From assembly GCF_009914755.1 (NCBI RefSeq), contig NC_060934.1: a stretch of 64,000 nucleotides of DNA. One strand, given 5' to 3'. The position numbers and the translations under genes are program-made. This document shows, piece after piece, positions 1 through 13,300 of the stretch (position 1 is the first letter of the stretch; every line of letters starts with the position of its first letter). Origin of the DNA: the human T2T-CHM13v2.0 reference genome, Homo sapiens. Below the pieces are notes generated by a model. It was not told where the DNA came from. It ran no database searches and was given only the letters and a program-made list of their open reading frames with translations.

Positions 1-180
1 ATTTTACGCCAATCTTAGACATGGAAATATCTTCATATTAAAAGTACACAGAGTCATTCGTAGAAACTAGTTTGTGATGTGTGCCTTCAACTCACAGAGT
101 TTAACCTTTCTTTTCATAGAGCAGTTTGGAAACACTCTATTTGTAAAGTCTGCAAGTGGAAATTTGGACCTCTTTGAGGC

Positions 181-197
181 CTTCGTTGGAAACGGGA
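181..197 (+). other. CENP-B box (first example; recurs about every 340 bp)
   Basis: CTTCGTTGGAAACGGGA is an exact match to the consensus YTTCGTTGGAARCGGGA. The B-dimer version is CTTCGTTGGAAGCGGGA. Confidence 0.97.
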
Positions 198-2593
198 TTT
201 CTTCATACAACGCTAGACAGAAGAATTCTCAGTAACTTCTTTGTGTTGTGTGTATTCAACTCACAGAGTTGAACCTTTCTTTAGAGAGAGCAGAGTTGAA
301 ACACTCTGTTTTTGGAATTTGCAAGTGCAGATTTCAAGCGCTTCTAGGCCTATGGCAGAAAAGGGAATATCTTCGTATAAAAACTACACAGAATCATTCT
401 CAACAACTACTTTGTGATGTGTGCGTTCAACTCACAGAGTTTAACCTTTCTTTTCATAGAGCAGTTTGGAAACACTCTGTTTGTATAGCCTGCAAGTGCT
501 TTTTTGCACTTCATTGAGTCCTTCGTTGGAAACGGGATTTCTTCATATAATGCTAGACAGAAGAATTCTCAGTCACTTCTTTGTGTTGTGTGTATTCAAG
601 TCACAGAGTTGAACCTTCCTTTAGACAGAGCAGTTTTGAAAAATTCTTTCTGTGGAGTTTGCAAGTGGAGATTTCAAGCGATTTGAGGCTAATCTTTGAA
701 ATGGAAATATCTTCGTGTAAAAACTTCACAGAAGCATTCTCAGAAACTGCTTTGTCATCTGTGCGTTCAGTTCACAGAGTTTCACCTTTCTCTTCATAGA
801 GCAGTTTGGAAAGACTATGTCTTTAAAGTCTGCAAGTGATTAGTGAGACCCCTTTGAGGCCTTCGTTGGAAGCGGGATTTCTCATTTACTGCTAGACAGA
901 AGAATTCTCAGTAAATCCTTTGTGTTGTGTGTATTCAACTCACAGAGTGGAACCTTCCTTTATTCAGAGCAGTTTTGAGAAACACTTTTTGTGGAATTTG
1001 CAAGTGGAGATTTCAAGCGATTTGACGCCAATCTTAGACATGGAAATATCTTCATATTAAAAGTACACAGAGTCATTCGTAGAAACTAGTTTGTGATGTG
1101 TGCCTTCAACTCACAGAGTTTAACCTTTCTTTTCATAGAGCAGTTTGGAAACACTCTATTTGTAAAGTCTGCAAGTGGATATTTGGACCTCTTTGAGGCC
1201 TTCTTTGGAAACGGGATTTCTTCATATAACGCTAGACAGAAGAATTTTCAGTAAATTCTTTGTGTTGTGTGTATTCAACTCACAGAGTTGAACTTTTCTT
1301 TAGAGAGAGCAGAGTTGAAACACTCTTTTTGTGGAATTTGCTAGTGCAGATTTCAAACGCTTCGAAGACAGTGATAGAAAAGGGTATATCTTCGTATTAA
1401 AACTAGACAAAATCATTCTCAGAAAACACTTTGTGATGTGTGTGTTCAACTCACAGAGTTTAACCTTTCTTTAATCGAGCAGTTTGGAAATACACTCTTT
1501 GTAAGTCTGCAGGTGGATAATTGGCCCTCTTTGAGCCCTTCATTGGAAACGGGATTTCCTCATATAATGCTATACAGAAGAATTCTCAGTAACTTCTTTG
1601 TGTTGTTTGTATTCAACTCACAGATTTGAACCTTCCTTTAGAGAGAGCAGATTTGAAACACTCTGTTTTTGGAATTTGCAAGTGCAGATTTCAAGCGCTT
1701 CTAGGCCTATGGCAGAAAAGGAAATATCTTCGTATAAAAACTACACAGAATCATTCTCAACAACTACTTTGTGATGTGTGCGTTCAACTCACAGAGTTTA
1801 ACCTTTCTTTTCATAGAGCAGTTTGGAAACACTCTGTTTGTAAAGCCTGCAAGTGCTTTTTTGGACTTCATTGAGGCCTTCGTTGGAAACGGGATTTCTT
1901 CATATAATGCTAGACAGAAGAATTCTCAGTCACTTCTTTGTGTTGTGTGTATTCAAGTCACAGAGTTGAACCTTCCTTTAGACAGAGCAGTTTTGAAAAA
2001 TTATTTCTGTGGAATTTGCAATTGGAGATTTTAAGCGATTTGAGGCTAATCTTTGAAATGGAAATATCTTCGTGTAAAAACTACACAGAATCATTCTCAG
2101 AAACTGCTTTGTTATCTGTGCGTTCAGTTCACAGAGTTTCACCTTTCTCTTCATAGAGCAGTTTGGAAAGACTCTGTCTGTAAGTCTGCAAGTGATTAGT
2201 TAGACCCCTTTGAGGCCTTCGTTGGAAGGGGGATTTCTCATTTACTGCTAGAGAGAAGAATTCTCAGTAAATCCTTTGTGTTGTGTGTATTCAACTCACA
2301 GAGTGGAACCTTCCTTTATTCAGAGCAGTTTTGAAAAACACTTTTTGTGGAATTTGCAAGTGGAGATTTCAAGCGATTTGACGCCAATCTTAGACTTGGA
2401 AAAATCTTCATATTAAAAGTACACAGAGTCATTCGTAGAAACTAGTTTGTGATGTGTGCCTTCAACTCACAGAGTTTAACCTTTCTTTTCATAGAGCAGT
2501 TTGGAAACACTCTGTAAAGTTTGCAAGTGCATATTTGGACCTCTTTGAGGCCTTCGTTGGAAACGGAATTTCTTCATACAACGCTAGACAGAA

Positions 2594-3950
2594 GAATTCT
2601 CAGTAACTTCTTTGTGTTGTGTGTATTCAACTCACAGAGTTGAACCTTTCTTTAGAGAGAGCAGAGTTGAAACAGTCTGTTTTTGGAATTTGCAAGTGCA
2701 GATTTCAAGCGATTCTAGGCCTATGGCAGAAAAGGAAATATCTTCGTATAAAAACTACACAGAATCATTCTCAACAACTACTTTGTGATGTGTGCGTTCA
2801 ACTCACAGAGTTTAACCTTTCTTTTCATAGAGCAGTTTGGAAACACTCTGTTTGTAAAGCCTGCAAGTGCTTTTTTGGACTTCATTGAGGCCTTCGTTGG
2901 AAACGGGATTTCTTCATATAATGCTAGACAGAAGAATTCTCAGTCACTTCTTTGTGTTGTGTGTATTCAAGTCACAGAGTTGAACCTTCCTTTAGACAGA
3001 GCAGTTTTGAAAAATTCTTTCTGTGTAATTTGCAAGTGGAGATTTCAAGCGATTTGAGGCTAATCTTTGAAATGGAAATATCTTCGTGTAAAAACTACAC
3101 AGAATCATTCTCAGAAACTGCTTTGTCATCTGTGCGTTCAGTTCACAGAGTTTCACCTTTCTCTTCATAGAGCAGTTTGGAAAGACTCTGTCTGTAAAGT
3201 CTGCAAGTGATTAGTTAGACCCCTTTGAGGCCTTCGTTGGAAGCGGGATTTCTCATTTAATGCTAGACAGAAGAATTCTCAGTAAATCCTTTGTGTTGTG
3301 TGTATTCAACTCACAGAGTGGAACCTTCCTTTATTCAGAGCAGTTTTGAAACACTCTTTTTGTGCAATTTGCAAGTGGAGATTTCAAGCGATTTGACGCC
3401 AATCTTAGACATGGAAATATCTTCATATTAAAAGTACACAGAGTCATTCGTAGAAACTAGTTTGTGATGTGTGCCTTCAACTCACAGAGTTTAACCTTTC
3501 TTTTCATAGAGCAGTTGGGAAACACTCTATTTGTAAAGTCTGCAAGTGGATATTTGGACCTCTTTGAGGCCTTCGTTGGAAACGGGATTTCTTCATATAA
3601 CGCTAGACAGAAGAATTCTCAGTAACTTCTTTGTGTTGTGTGTATTCAACTCACAGAGTTGAACCTTTCTTTAGAGGGAGCAGAGGTGAAACACTCTTTT
3701 TGTGGAATTTGCTAGTGTAGATTTCAAACGCTTCGAAGACAGTGATAGAAAAGGATATATCTTCGTATTAAAAGTAGACAAAATCATTCTCAGAAAACTC
3801 TTTGTGATGTGTGTGTTCAACTCACAGAGTTTAACCTTTCTTTAATCGAGCAGTTTGGAAATACACTCTTTGTAAGTCTGCAGGTGGATATTTGGCCCTC
3901 TTTGAGCCCTTCGTTGGAAACGGGATTTCCTCATATAATGCTAGACAGAA
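2594..3950 (+). repeat. Example 8-mer HOR unit A-B-C-D (~1357 bp)
   Basis: EcoRI-delimited dimers start at ~2594 (A), 2934 (B), 3273 (C) and 3613 (D). An ORF offset of 13310->14667 = 1357 gives the same period elsewhere. Confidence 0.9.
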
Positions 3951-6900
3951 GAATTCTCAGTAACTTCTTTGTGTTGTTTGTATTCAACACACAGATTTGA
4001 ACCTTCCTTTAGAGAGAGCAGATTTGAAACACTCTGTTTTTGGAATTTGCAAGTGCAGATTTCAAGCGCTTCTAGGCCTATGGCAGAAAAGGAAATATCT
4101 TCGTATAAAAACTACACAGAATCATTCTCAACAACTACTTTGTGATGTGTGCGTTCAACTCACAGAGGTTAACCTTTCTTTTCATAGAGCAGTTTGGAAA
4201 CACTCTGTTTGTAAAGCCTGCAAGTGCTTTTTTGGACTTCATTGAGGCCTTCGTTGGAAACGGGATTTCTTCATACAACGCTAGACAGAAGAATTCTCAG
4301 TAACTTCTTTGTGTTGTGTGTATTCAACTCACAGAGTTGAACCTTTCTTTAGAGAGAACAGAGTTGAAACACTCTGTTTTTGGAATTTGCAAGTGCAGAT
4401 TTCAAGCGATTCTAGGCCTATGGCAGAAAAGGAAATATCTTCGTATAAAAACTACACAGAATCATTCTCAACAACTACTTTGTGATGTGTGCGTTCAACT
4501 CACAGAGTTTAACCTTTCTTTTCATAGAGCAGTTTGGAAACACTCTGTTTGTAAAGCCTGCAAGTGCTTTTTTGGACTTCATTGAGGCCTTCGTTGGAAA
4601 CGGGATTTCTTCATATAATGCTAGACAGAAGAATTCTCAGTCACTTCTTTGTGTTGTGTGTATTCAAGTCACAGAGTTGAACCTTCCTTTAGACAGAGCA
4701 GTTTTGAAAAATTCTTTCTGTGGAGTTTGCAAGTGGAGATTTCCAGCGATTTGAGGCTAATCTTTGAAATGGAAATATCTTCGTGTAAAAACTACACAGA
4801 ATCATTCTCAGAAACTGCTTTGTCATCTGTGCGTTCAGTTCACAGAGTTTCACCTTTCTCTTCATAGAGCAGTTTGGAAAGACTCTGTCTGTAAAGTCTG
4901 CAAGTGATTAGTTAGACCCCTTTGAGGCCTTCGTTGGAAGCGGGATTTCTCATTTACTGCTAGACAGAAGAATTCTCAGTAAATCCTTTGTGTTGTGTGT
5001 ATTCAACTCACAGAGTGGAACCTTCCTTTATTCAGAGCAGTTTTGAAAAACACTTTTTGTGGAATTTGCAAGTGGAGATTTCAAGCGATTTGACGCCAAT
5101 CTTAGACATGGAAATATCTTCATATTAAAAGTACACAGAGTCATTCGTAGAAACTAGTTTGTGATGTGTGCCTTCAACTCACAGAGTTTAACCTTTCTTT
5201 TCATAGAGCAGTTTGGAAACACTCTATTTGTAAAGTCTGCAAGTGGATATTTGGACCTCTTTGAGGCCTTCGTTGGAAACGGGATTTCTTCATACAACGC
5301 TAGACAGAAGAATTCTCAGTAACTTCTTTGTGTTGTGTGTATTCAACTCACAGAGTTGAACCTTTCTTTAGAGAGAGCAGAGTTGAAACACTCTGTTTTT
5401 GGAATTTGCAAGTGCAGATTTCAAGCGATTCTAGGCCTATGGCAGAAAAGGAAATATCTTCGTATAAAAACTACACAGAATCATTCTCAACAACTACTTT
5501 GTGATGTGTGCGTTCAACTCACAGAGTTTAAACTTTCTTTTCATAGAGCAGTTTGGAAACACTCTGTTTGTAAAGCCTGCAAGTGCTTTTTTGGACTTCA
5601 TTGAGGCCTTCGTTGGAAACGGGATTTCTTCATATAATGCTAGACAGAAGAATTCTCAGTCACTTCTTTGTGTTGTGTGTATTCAAGTCACAGAGTTGAA
5701 CCTTCCTTTAGACAGAGCAGTTTTGAAAAATTCTTTCTGTGTAATTTGCAAGTGGAGATTTCAAGCGATTTGAGGCTAATCTTTGAAATGGAAATATCTT
5801 CGTGTAAAAACTACACAGAATCATTCTCAGAAACTGCTTTGTCATCTGTGCGTTCAGTTCACAGAGTTTCACCTTTCTCTTCATAGAGCAGTTTGGAAAG
5901 ACTCTGTCTGTAAAGTCTGCAAGTGATTAGTTAGACCCCTTTGAGGCCTTCGTTGGAAGCGGGATTTCTCATTTACTGCTAGACAGAAGAATTCTCAGTA
6001 AATCCTTTGTGTTGTGTGTATTCAACTCACAGAGTGGAACCTTCCTTTATTCAGAGCAGTTTTGAAACACTCTTTTTGTGGAATTTGCAAGTGGAGATTT
6101 CAAGCGATTTGACGCCAATCTTAGACATGGAAATATCTTCATATTAAAAGTACACAGAGTCATTCGTAGAAACTAGTTTCTGATGTGTGCCTTCAACTCA
6201 CAGAGTTTAACCTTTCTTTTCATAGAGCAGTTGGGAAACACTCTAGTTGTAAAGTCTGCAAGTGGATATTTGGACCTCTTTGAGGCCTTCGTTGGAAACG
6301 GGATTTCTTCATATAACGCTAGACAGAAGAATTCTCAGTAACTTCTTTGTGTTGTGTGTATTCAACTCACAGAGTTGAACCTTTCTTTAGAGGGAGCAGA
6401 GGTGAAACACTCTTTTTGTGGAATTTGCTAGTGTAGATTTCAAACGCTTCGAAGACAGTGATAGAAAAGGATATATCTTCGTATTAAAAGTAGACAAAAT
6501 CATTCTCAGAAAACTCTTTGTGATGTGTGTGTTCAACTCACAGAGTTTAACCTTTCTTTAATCGAGCAGTTTGGAAATACACTCTTTGTAAGTCTGCAGG
6601 TGGATATTTGGCCCTCTTTGAGCCCTTCGTTGGAAACGGGATTTCCTCATATAATGCTAGACAGAAGAATTCTCAGTAACTTCTTTGTGTTGTTTGTATT
6701 CAACACACAGATTTGAACCTTCCTTTAGAGAGAGCAGATTTGAAACACTCTGTTTTTGGAATTTGCAAGTGCAGATTTCAAGCGCTTCTAGGCCTATGGC
6801 AGAAAAGGAAATATCTTCGTATAAAAACTACACAGAATCATTCTCAACAACTACTTTGTGATGTGTGCGTTCAACTCACAGAGGTTAACCTTTCTTTTCA

Positions 6901-9900
6901 TAGAGCAGTTTGGAAACACTCTGTTTGTAAAGCCTGCAAGTGCTTTTTTGGACTTCATTGAGGCCTTCGTTGGAAACGGGATTTCTTCATACAACGCTAG
7001 ACAGAAGAATTCTCAGTAACTTCTTTGTGTTGTGTGTATTCAACTCACAGAGTTGAACCTTTCTTTAGAGAGAACAGAGTTGAAACACTCTGTTTTTGGA
7101 ATTTGCAAGTGCAGATTTCAAGCGATTCTAGGCCTATGGCAGAAAAGGAAATATCTTCGTATAAAAACTACACAGAATCATTCTCAACAACTACTTTGTG
7201 ATGTGTGCGTTCAACTCACAGAGTTTAACCTTTCTTTTCATAGAGCAGTTTGGAAACACTCTGTTTGTAAAGCCTGCAAGTGCTTTTTTGGACTTCATTG
7301 AGGCCTTCGTTGGAAACGGGATTTCTTCATATAATGCTAGACAGAAGAATTCTCAGTCACTTCTTTGTGTTGTGTGTATTCAAGTCACAGAGTTGAACCT
7401 TCCTTTAGACAGAGCAGTTTTGAAAAATTCTTTCTGTGGAGTTTGCAAGTGGAGATTTCAAGCGATTTGAGGCTAATCTTTGAAATGGAAATATCTTCGT
7501 GTAAAAACTACACAGAATCATTCTCAGAAACTGCTTTGTCATCTGTGCGTTCAGTTCACAGAGTTTCACCTTTCTCTTCATAGAGCAGTTTGGAAAGACT
7601 CTGTCTGTAAAGTCTGCAAGTGATTAGTTAGACCCCTTTGAGGCCTTCGTTGGAAGCGGGATTTCTCATTTACTGCTAGACAGAAGAATTCTCAGTAAAT
7701 CCTTTGTGTTGTGTGTATTCAACTCACAGAGTGGAACCTTCCTTTATTCAGAGCAGTTTTGAAAAACACTTTTTGTGGAATTTGCAAGTGGAGATTTCAA
7801 GCGATTTGACGCCAATCTTAGACATGGAAATATCTTCATATTAAAAGTACACAGAGTCATTCGTAGAAACTAGTTTGTGATGTGTGCCTTCAACTCACAG
7901 AGTTTAACCTTTCTTTTCATAGAGCAGTTTGGAAACACTCTATTTGTAAAGTCTGCAAGTGGATATTTGGACCTCTTTGAGGCCTTCTTTGGAAACGGGA
8001 TTTCTTCATATAACGCTAGACAGAAGAATTTTCAGTAAATTCTTTGTGTTGTGTGTATTCAACTCACAGAGTTGAACTTTTCTTTAGAGAGAGCAGAGTT
8101 GAAACACTCTTTTTGTGGAATTTGCTAGTGCAGATTTCAAACGCTTCGAAGACAGTGATAGAAAAGGGTATATCTTCGTATTAAAACTAGACAAAATCAT
8201 TCTCAGAAAACACTTTGTGATGTGTGTGTTCAACTCACAGAGTTTAACCTTTCTTTAATCGAGCAGTTTGGAAATACACTCTTTGTAAGTCTGCAGGTGG
8301 ATAATTGGCCCTCTTTGAGCCCTTCGTTGGAAACGGGATTTCCTCATATAATGCTATACAGAAGAATTCTCAGTAACTTCTTTGTGTTGTTTGTATTCAA
8401 CTCACAGATTTGAACCTTCCTTTAGAGAGAGCAGATTTGAAACACTCTGTTTTTGGAATTTGCAAGTGCAGATTTCAAGCGCTTCTAGGCCTATGGCAGA
8501 AAAGGAAATATCTTCGTATAAAAACTACACAGAATCATTCTCAACAACTACTTTGTGATGTGTGCGTTCAACTCACAGAGTTTAACCTTTCTTTTCATAG
8601 AGCAGTTTGGAAACACTCTGTTTGTAAAGCCTGCAAGTGCTTTTTTGGACTTCATTGAGGCCTTCGTTGGAAACGGGATTTCTTCATATAATGCTAGACA
8701 GAAGAATTCTCAGTCACTTCTTTGTGTTGTGTGTATTCAAGTCACAGAGTTGAACCTTCCTTTAGACAGAGCAGTTTTGAAAAATTATTTCTGTGGAATT
8801 TGCAATTGGAGATTTTAAGCGATTTGAGGCTAATCTTTGAAATGGAAATATCTTCGTGTAAAAACTACACAGAATCATTCTCAGAAACTGCTTTGTTATC
8901 TGTGCGTTCAGTTCACAGAGTTTCACCTTTCTCTTCATAGAGCAGTTTGGAAAGACTCTGTCTGTAAGTCTGCAAGTGATTAGTTAGACCCCTTTGAGGC
9001 CTTCGTTGGAAGGGGGATTTCTCATATACTGCTAGACAGAAGAATTCTCAGTAAATCCTTTGTGTTGTGTGTATTCAACTCACAGAGTGGAACCTTCCTT
9101 TATTCAGAGCAGTTTTGAAAAACACTTTTTGTGGAATTTGCAAGTGGAGATTTCAAGCGATTTGACACCAATCTTAGACTTGGAAAAATCTTCATATTAA
9201 AAGTACACAGAGTCATTCGTAGAAACTAGTTTGTGATGTGTGCCTTCAACTCACAGAGTTTAACCTTTCTTTTCATAGAGCAGTTTGGAAACACTCTGTA
9301 AAGTCTGCAAGTGCATATTTGGACCTCTTTGAGGCCTTCGTTGGAAACGGAATTTCTTCATACAACGCTAGACAGAAGAATTCTCAGTAACTTCTTTGTG
9401 TTGTGTGTATTCAACTCACAGAGTTGAACCTTTCTTTAGAGAGAGCAGAGTTGAAACAGTCTGTTTTTGGAATTTGCAAGTGCAGATTTCAAGCGATTCT
9501 AGGCCTATGGCAGAAAAGGAAATATCTTCGTATAAAAACTACACAGAATCATTCTCAACAACTACTTTGTGATGTGTGCGTTCAACTCACAGAGTTTAAC
9601 CTTTCTTTTCATAGAGCAGTTTGGAAACACTCTGTTTGTAAAGCCTGCAAGTGCTTTTTTGGACTTCATTGAGGCCTTCGTTGGAAACGGGATTTCTTCA
9701 TATAATGCTAGACAGAAGAATTCTCAGTCACTTCTTTGTGTTGTGTGTATTCAAGTCACAGAGTTGAACCTTCCTTTAGACAGAGCAGTTTTGAAAAATT
9801 CTTTCTGTGTAATTTGCAAGTGGAGATTTCAAGCGATTTGAGGCTAATCTTTGAAATGGAAATATCTTCGTGTAAAAACTACACAGAATCATTCTCAGAA

Positions 9901-10396
9901 ACTGCTTTGTCATCTGTGCGTTCAGTTCACAGAGTTTCACCTTTCTCTTCATAGAGCAGTTTGGAAAGACTCTGTCTGTAAAGTCTGCAAGTGATTAGTT
10001 AGACCCCTTTGAGGCCTTCGTTGGAAGCGGGATTTCTCATTTAATGCTAGACAGAAGAATTCTCAGTAAATCCTTTGTGTTGTGTGTATTCAACTCACAG
10101 AGTGGAACCTTCCTTTATTCAGAGCAGTTTTGAAACACTCTTTTTGTGCAATTTGCAAGTGGAGATTTCAAGCGATTTGACGCCAATCTTAGACATGGAA
10201 ATATCTTCATATTAAAAGTACAGAGAGTCATTCGTAGAAACTAGTTTGTGATGTGTGCCTTCAACTCACAGAGTTTAACCTTTCTTTTCATAGAGCAGTT
10301 GGGAAACACTCTATTTGTAAAGTCTGCAAGTGGATATTTGGACCTCTTTGAGGCCTTCGTTGGAAACGGGATTTCTTCATATAACGCTAGACAGAA

Positions 10397-13300
10397 GAAT
10401 TCTCAGTAACTTCTTTGTGTTGTGTGTATTCAACTCACAGAGTTGAACCTTTCTTTAGAGGGAGCAGAGGTGAAACACTCTTTTTGTGGAATTTGCTAGT
10501 GTAGATTTCAAACGCTTCGAAGACAGTGATAGAAAAGGATATATCTTCGTATTAAAAGTAGACAAAATCATTCTCAGAAAACTCTTTGTGATGTGTGTGT
10601 TCAACTCACAGAGTTTAACCTTTCTTTAATCGAGCAGTTTGGAAATACACTCTTTGTAAGTCTGCAGTTGGATATTTGGCCCTCTTTGAGCCCTTCGTTG
10701 GAAACGGGATTTCCTCATATAATGCTAGACAGAAGAATTCTCAGTAACTTCTTTGTGTTGTTTGTATTCAACACACAGATTTGAACCTTCCTTTAGAGAG
10801 AGCAGATTTGAAACACTCTGTTTTTGGAATTTGCAAGTGCAGATTTCAAGCGCTTCTAGGCCTATGGCAGAAAAGGAAATATCTTCGTATAAAAACTACA
10901 CAGAATCATTCTCAACAACTACTTTGTGATGTGTGCGTTCAACTCACAGAGGTTAACCTTTCTTTTCATAGAGCAGTTTGGAAACACTCTGTTTGTAAAG
11001 CCTGCAAGTGCTTTTTTGGACTTCATTGAGGCCTTCGTTGGAAACGGGATTTCTTCATACAACGCTAGACAGAAGAATTCTCAGTAACTTCTTTGTGTTG
11101 TGTGTATTCAACTCACAGAGTTGAACTTTTCTTTAGAGAGAACAGAGTTGAAACACTCTGTTTTTGGAATTTGCAAGTGCAGATTTCAAGCGATTCTAGG
11201 CCTATGGCAGAAAAGGAAATATCTTCGTATAAAAACTACACAGAATCATTCTCAACAACTACTTTGTGATGTGTGCGTTCAACTCACAGAGTTTAACCTT
11301 TCTTTTCATAGAGCAGTTTGGAAACACTCTGTTTGTAAAGCCTGCCAGTGCTTTATTGGACTTCATTGAGGCCTTCGTTGGAAACGGGATTTCTTCATAT
11401 AATGCTAGACAGAAGAATTCTCAGTAAATCCTTTGTGTTGTGTTTATTCAACTCACAGAGTGGAACCTTCCTTTATTCAGAGCAGTTTTGAAACACTCTT
11501 TTTGTGGAATTTGCAAGTGGAGATTTCAAGCGATTTGACGCCAACCTTAGACATGGAAATATCTTCATATTAAAAGTACACAGAATCATTCGTAGAAACT
11601 AGTTTGTGATGTGTGCCTTCAACTCACAGAGTTTAACCTTTCTTTTCATAGAGCAGTTCGGAAACATTCTATTTGTAAAGTCTGTAAGTGGATATTTGGA
11701 CCTCTTTGAGGCCTTCGTTGGAAAAGGGATTTCTTCATATAACGCTAGACAGAAGAATTCTCAGTAACTTCTTTGTGTTGTGTGTATTCAACTCACAGAT
11801 TTGAACCTTTCTTGAGAGAGAGCAGAGTGGAAACACTCTTTTTGTGGAATTTGCTAGTGCAGATTTCAAACGCTTCGAAGACAGTGATAGAAAAGGATAT
11901 ATCTTCGTATTAAAACTAGACAAAATCATTCTCAGAAAACACTTTGTGATGTGTGTGTTCAACTCACAGAGTTTAACCTTTCTTTAATCGAGCAGTTTGG
12001 AAATACACTCTTTGTAAGTCTGCAGGTGGATAATTGGCCCTCTTTGAGCCCTTCATTGGAAACGGGATTTCCTCATATAATGCTAGACAGAAGAATTCTC
12101 AGTAACTTCTTTGTGTTGTTTGTATTCAACTCACAGATTTGAACCTTCCTTTAGAGAGAGCAGATTTGAAACACTCTGTTTTTGGAATTTGCAAGTGCAG
12201 ATTTCAAGCGCTTCTAGGCCTATGGCAGAAAAGGAAATATCTTCGTATAAAAACTACACAGAATCATTCTCAACAACTACTTTGTGATGTGTGCGTTCAA
12301 CTCACAGAGTTTAACCTTTCTTTTCATAGAGCAGTTTGGAAACACTCTGTTTGTAAAGCCTGCAAGTGCTTTTTTGGACTTCATTGAGGCCTTCGTTGGA
12401 AACGGGATTTCTTCATATAATGCTAGACAGAAGAATTCTGAGTCACTTCTTTGTGTTGTGTGTTTATTCAAGTCACAGAGTTGAACCTTCTTTTAGACAG
12501 AGCAGTTTTGAAAAATTCTTTCTGTGGAATTTGCAAGTGGAGATTTCAAGCGATTTGAGGCTAATCTTTGAAATGGAAATACCTTCGTGTAAAAACTACA
12601 CAGAATCATTCTCAGAAACTGCTTTGTCATCTGTGCGTTCAGTTCACAGAGTTTCACCTTTCTCTTCATAGAGCAGTTTGGAAAGACTCTGTCTGTAAAG
12701 TCTGCAAGTGATTAGTTAGACCCCTTTGAGGCCTTCGTTGGAAGCGGGATTTCTCATTTACTGCTAGACAGAAGAATTCTCAGTAAATCCTTTGTGTTGT
12801 GTGTATTCAACTCACAGAGTGGAACCTTCCTTTATTCAGAGCAGTTTTGAAACACTCTTTTTGTGGAATTTGCAAGTGGAGATTTCAAGCGATTTGACGC
12901 CAATCTTAGACATGGAAATATCTTCATATTAAAAGTACACAGAGTCATTCGTAGAAACTAGTTTGTGATGTGTGCCTTCAACTCACAGAGTTTAACCTTT
13001 CTTTTCATAGAGCAGTTGGGAAACACTCTATTTGTAAAGTCTGCAAGTGGATATTTGGACCTCTTTGAGGCCTTCGTTGGAAACGGGATTTCTTCATATA
13101 ACGCTAGACAGAAGAATTCTCAGTAACTTCTTTGTGTTGTGTGTATTCAACTCACAGAGTTGAACCTTTCTTTAGAGGGAGCAGAGGTGAAACACTCTTT
13201 TTGTGGAATTTGCTAGTGCAGATTTCAAACGCTTCGAAGACAGTGATAGAAAAGGATATATCTTCGTATTAAAAGTAGACAAAATCATTCTCAGAAAACT

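Noticed and set aside
344-353. Short palindromes (TAGGCCTA, GAGGCCTT, CTTCGAAG, GAATTC) as possible cruciform sites
   Set aside because: At 6-8 bp they are too short to support a structural claim and are ordinary parts of the monomers.
1707-1723. pJ-alpha-like motif (CTATGGCAGAAAAGGAA) in box-less monomers
   Set aside because: It is an expected, degenerate feature of A-type monomers, with no evidence of binding from sequence alone.
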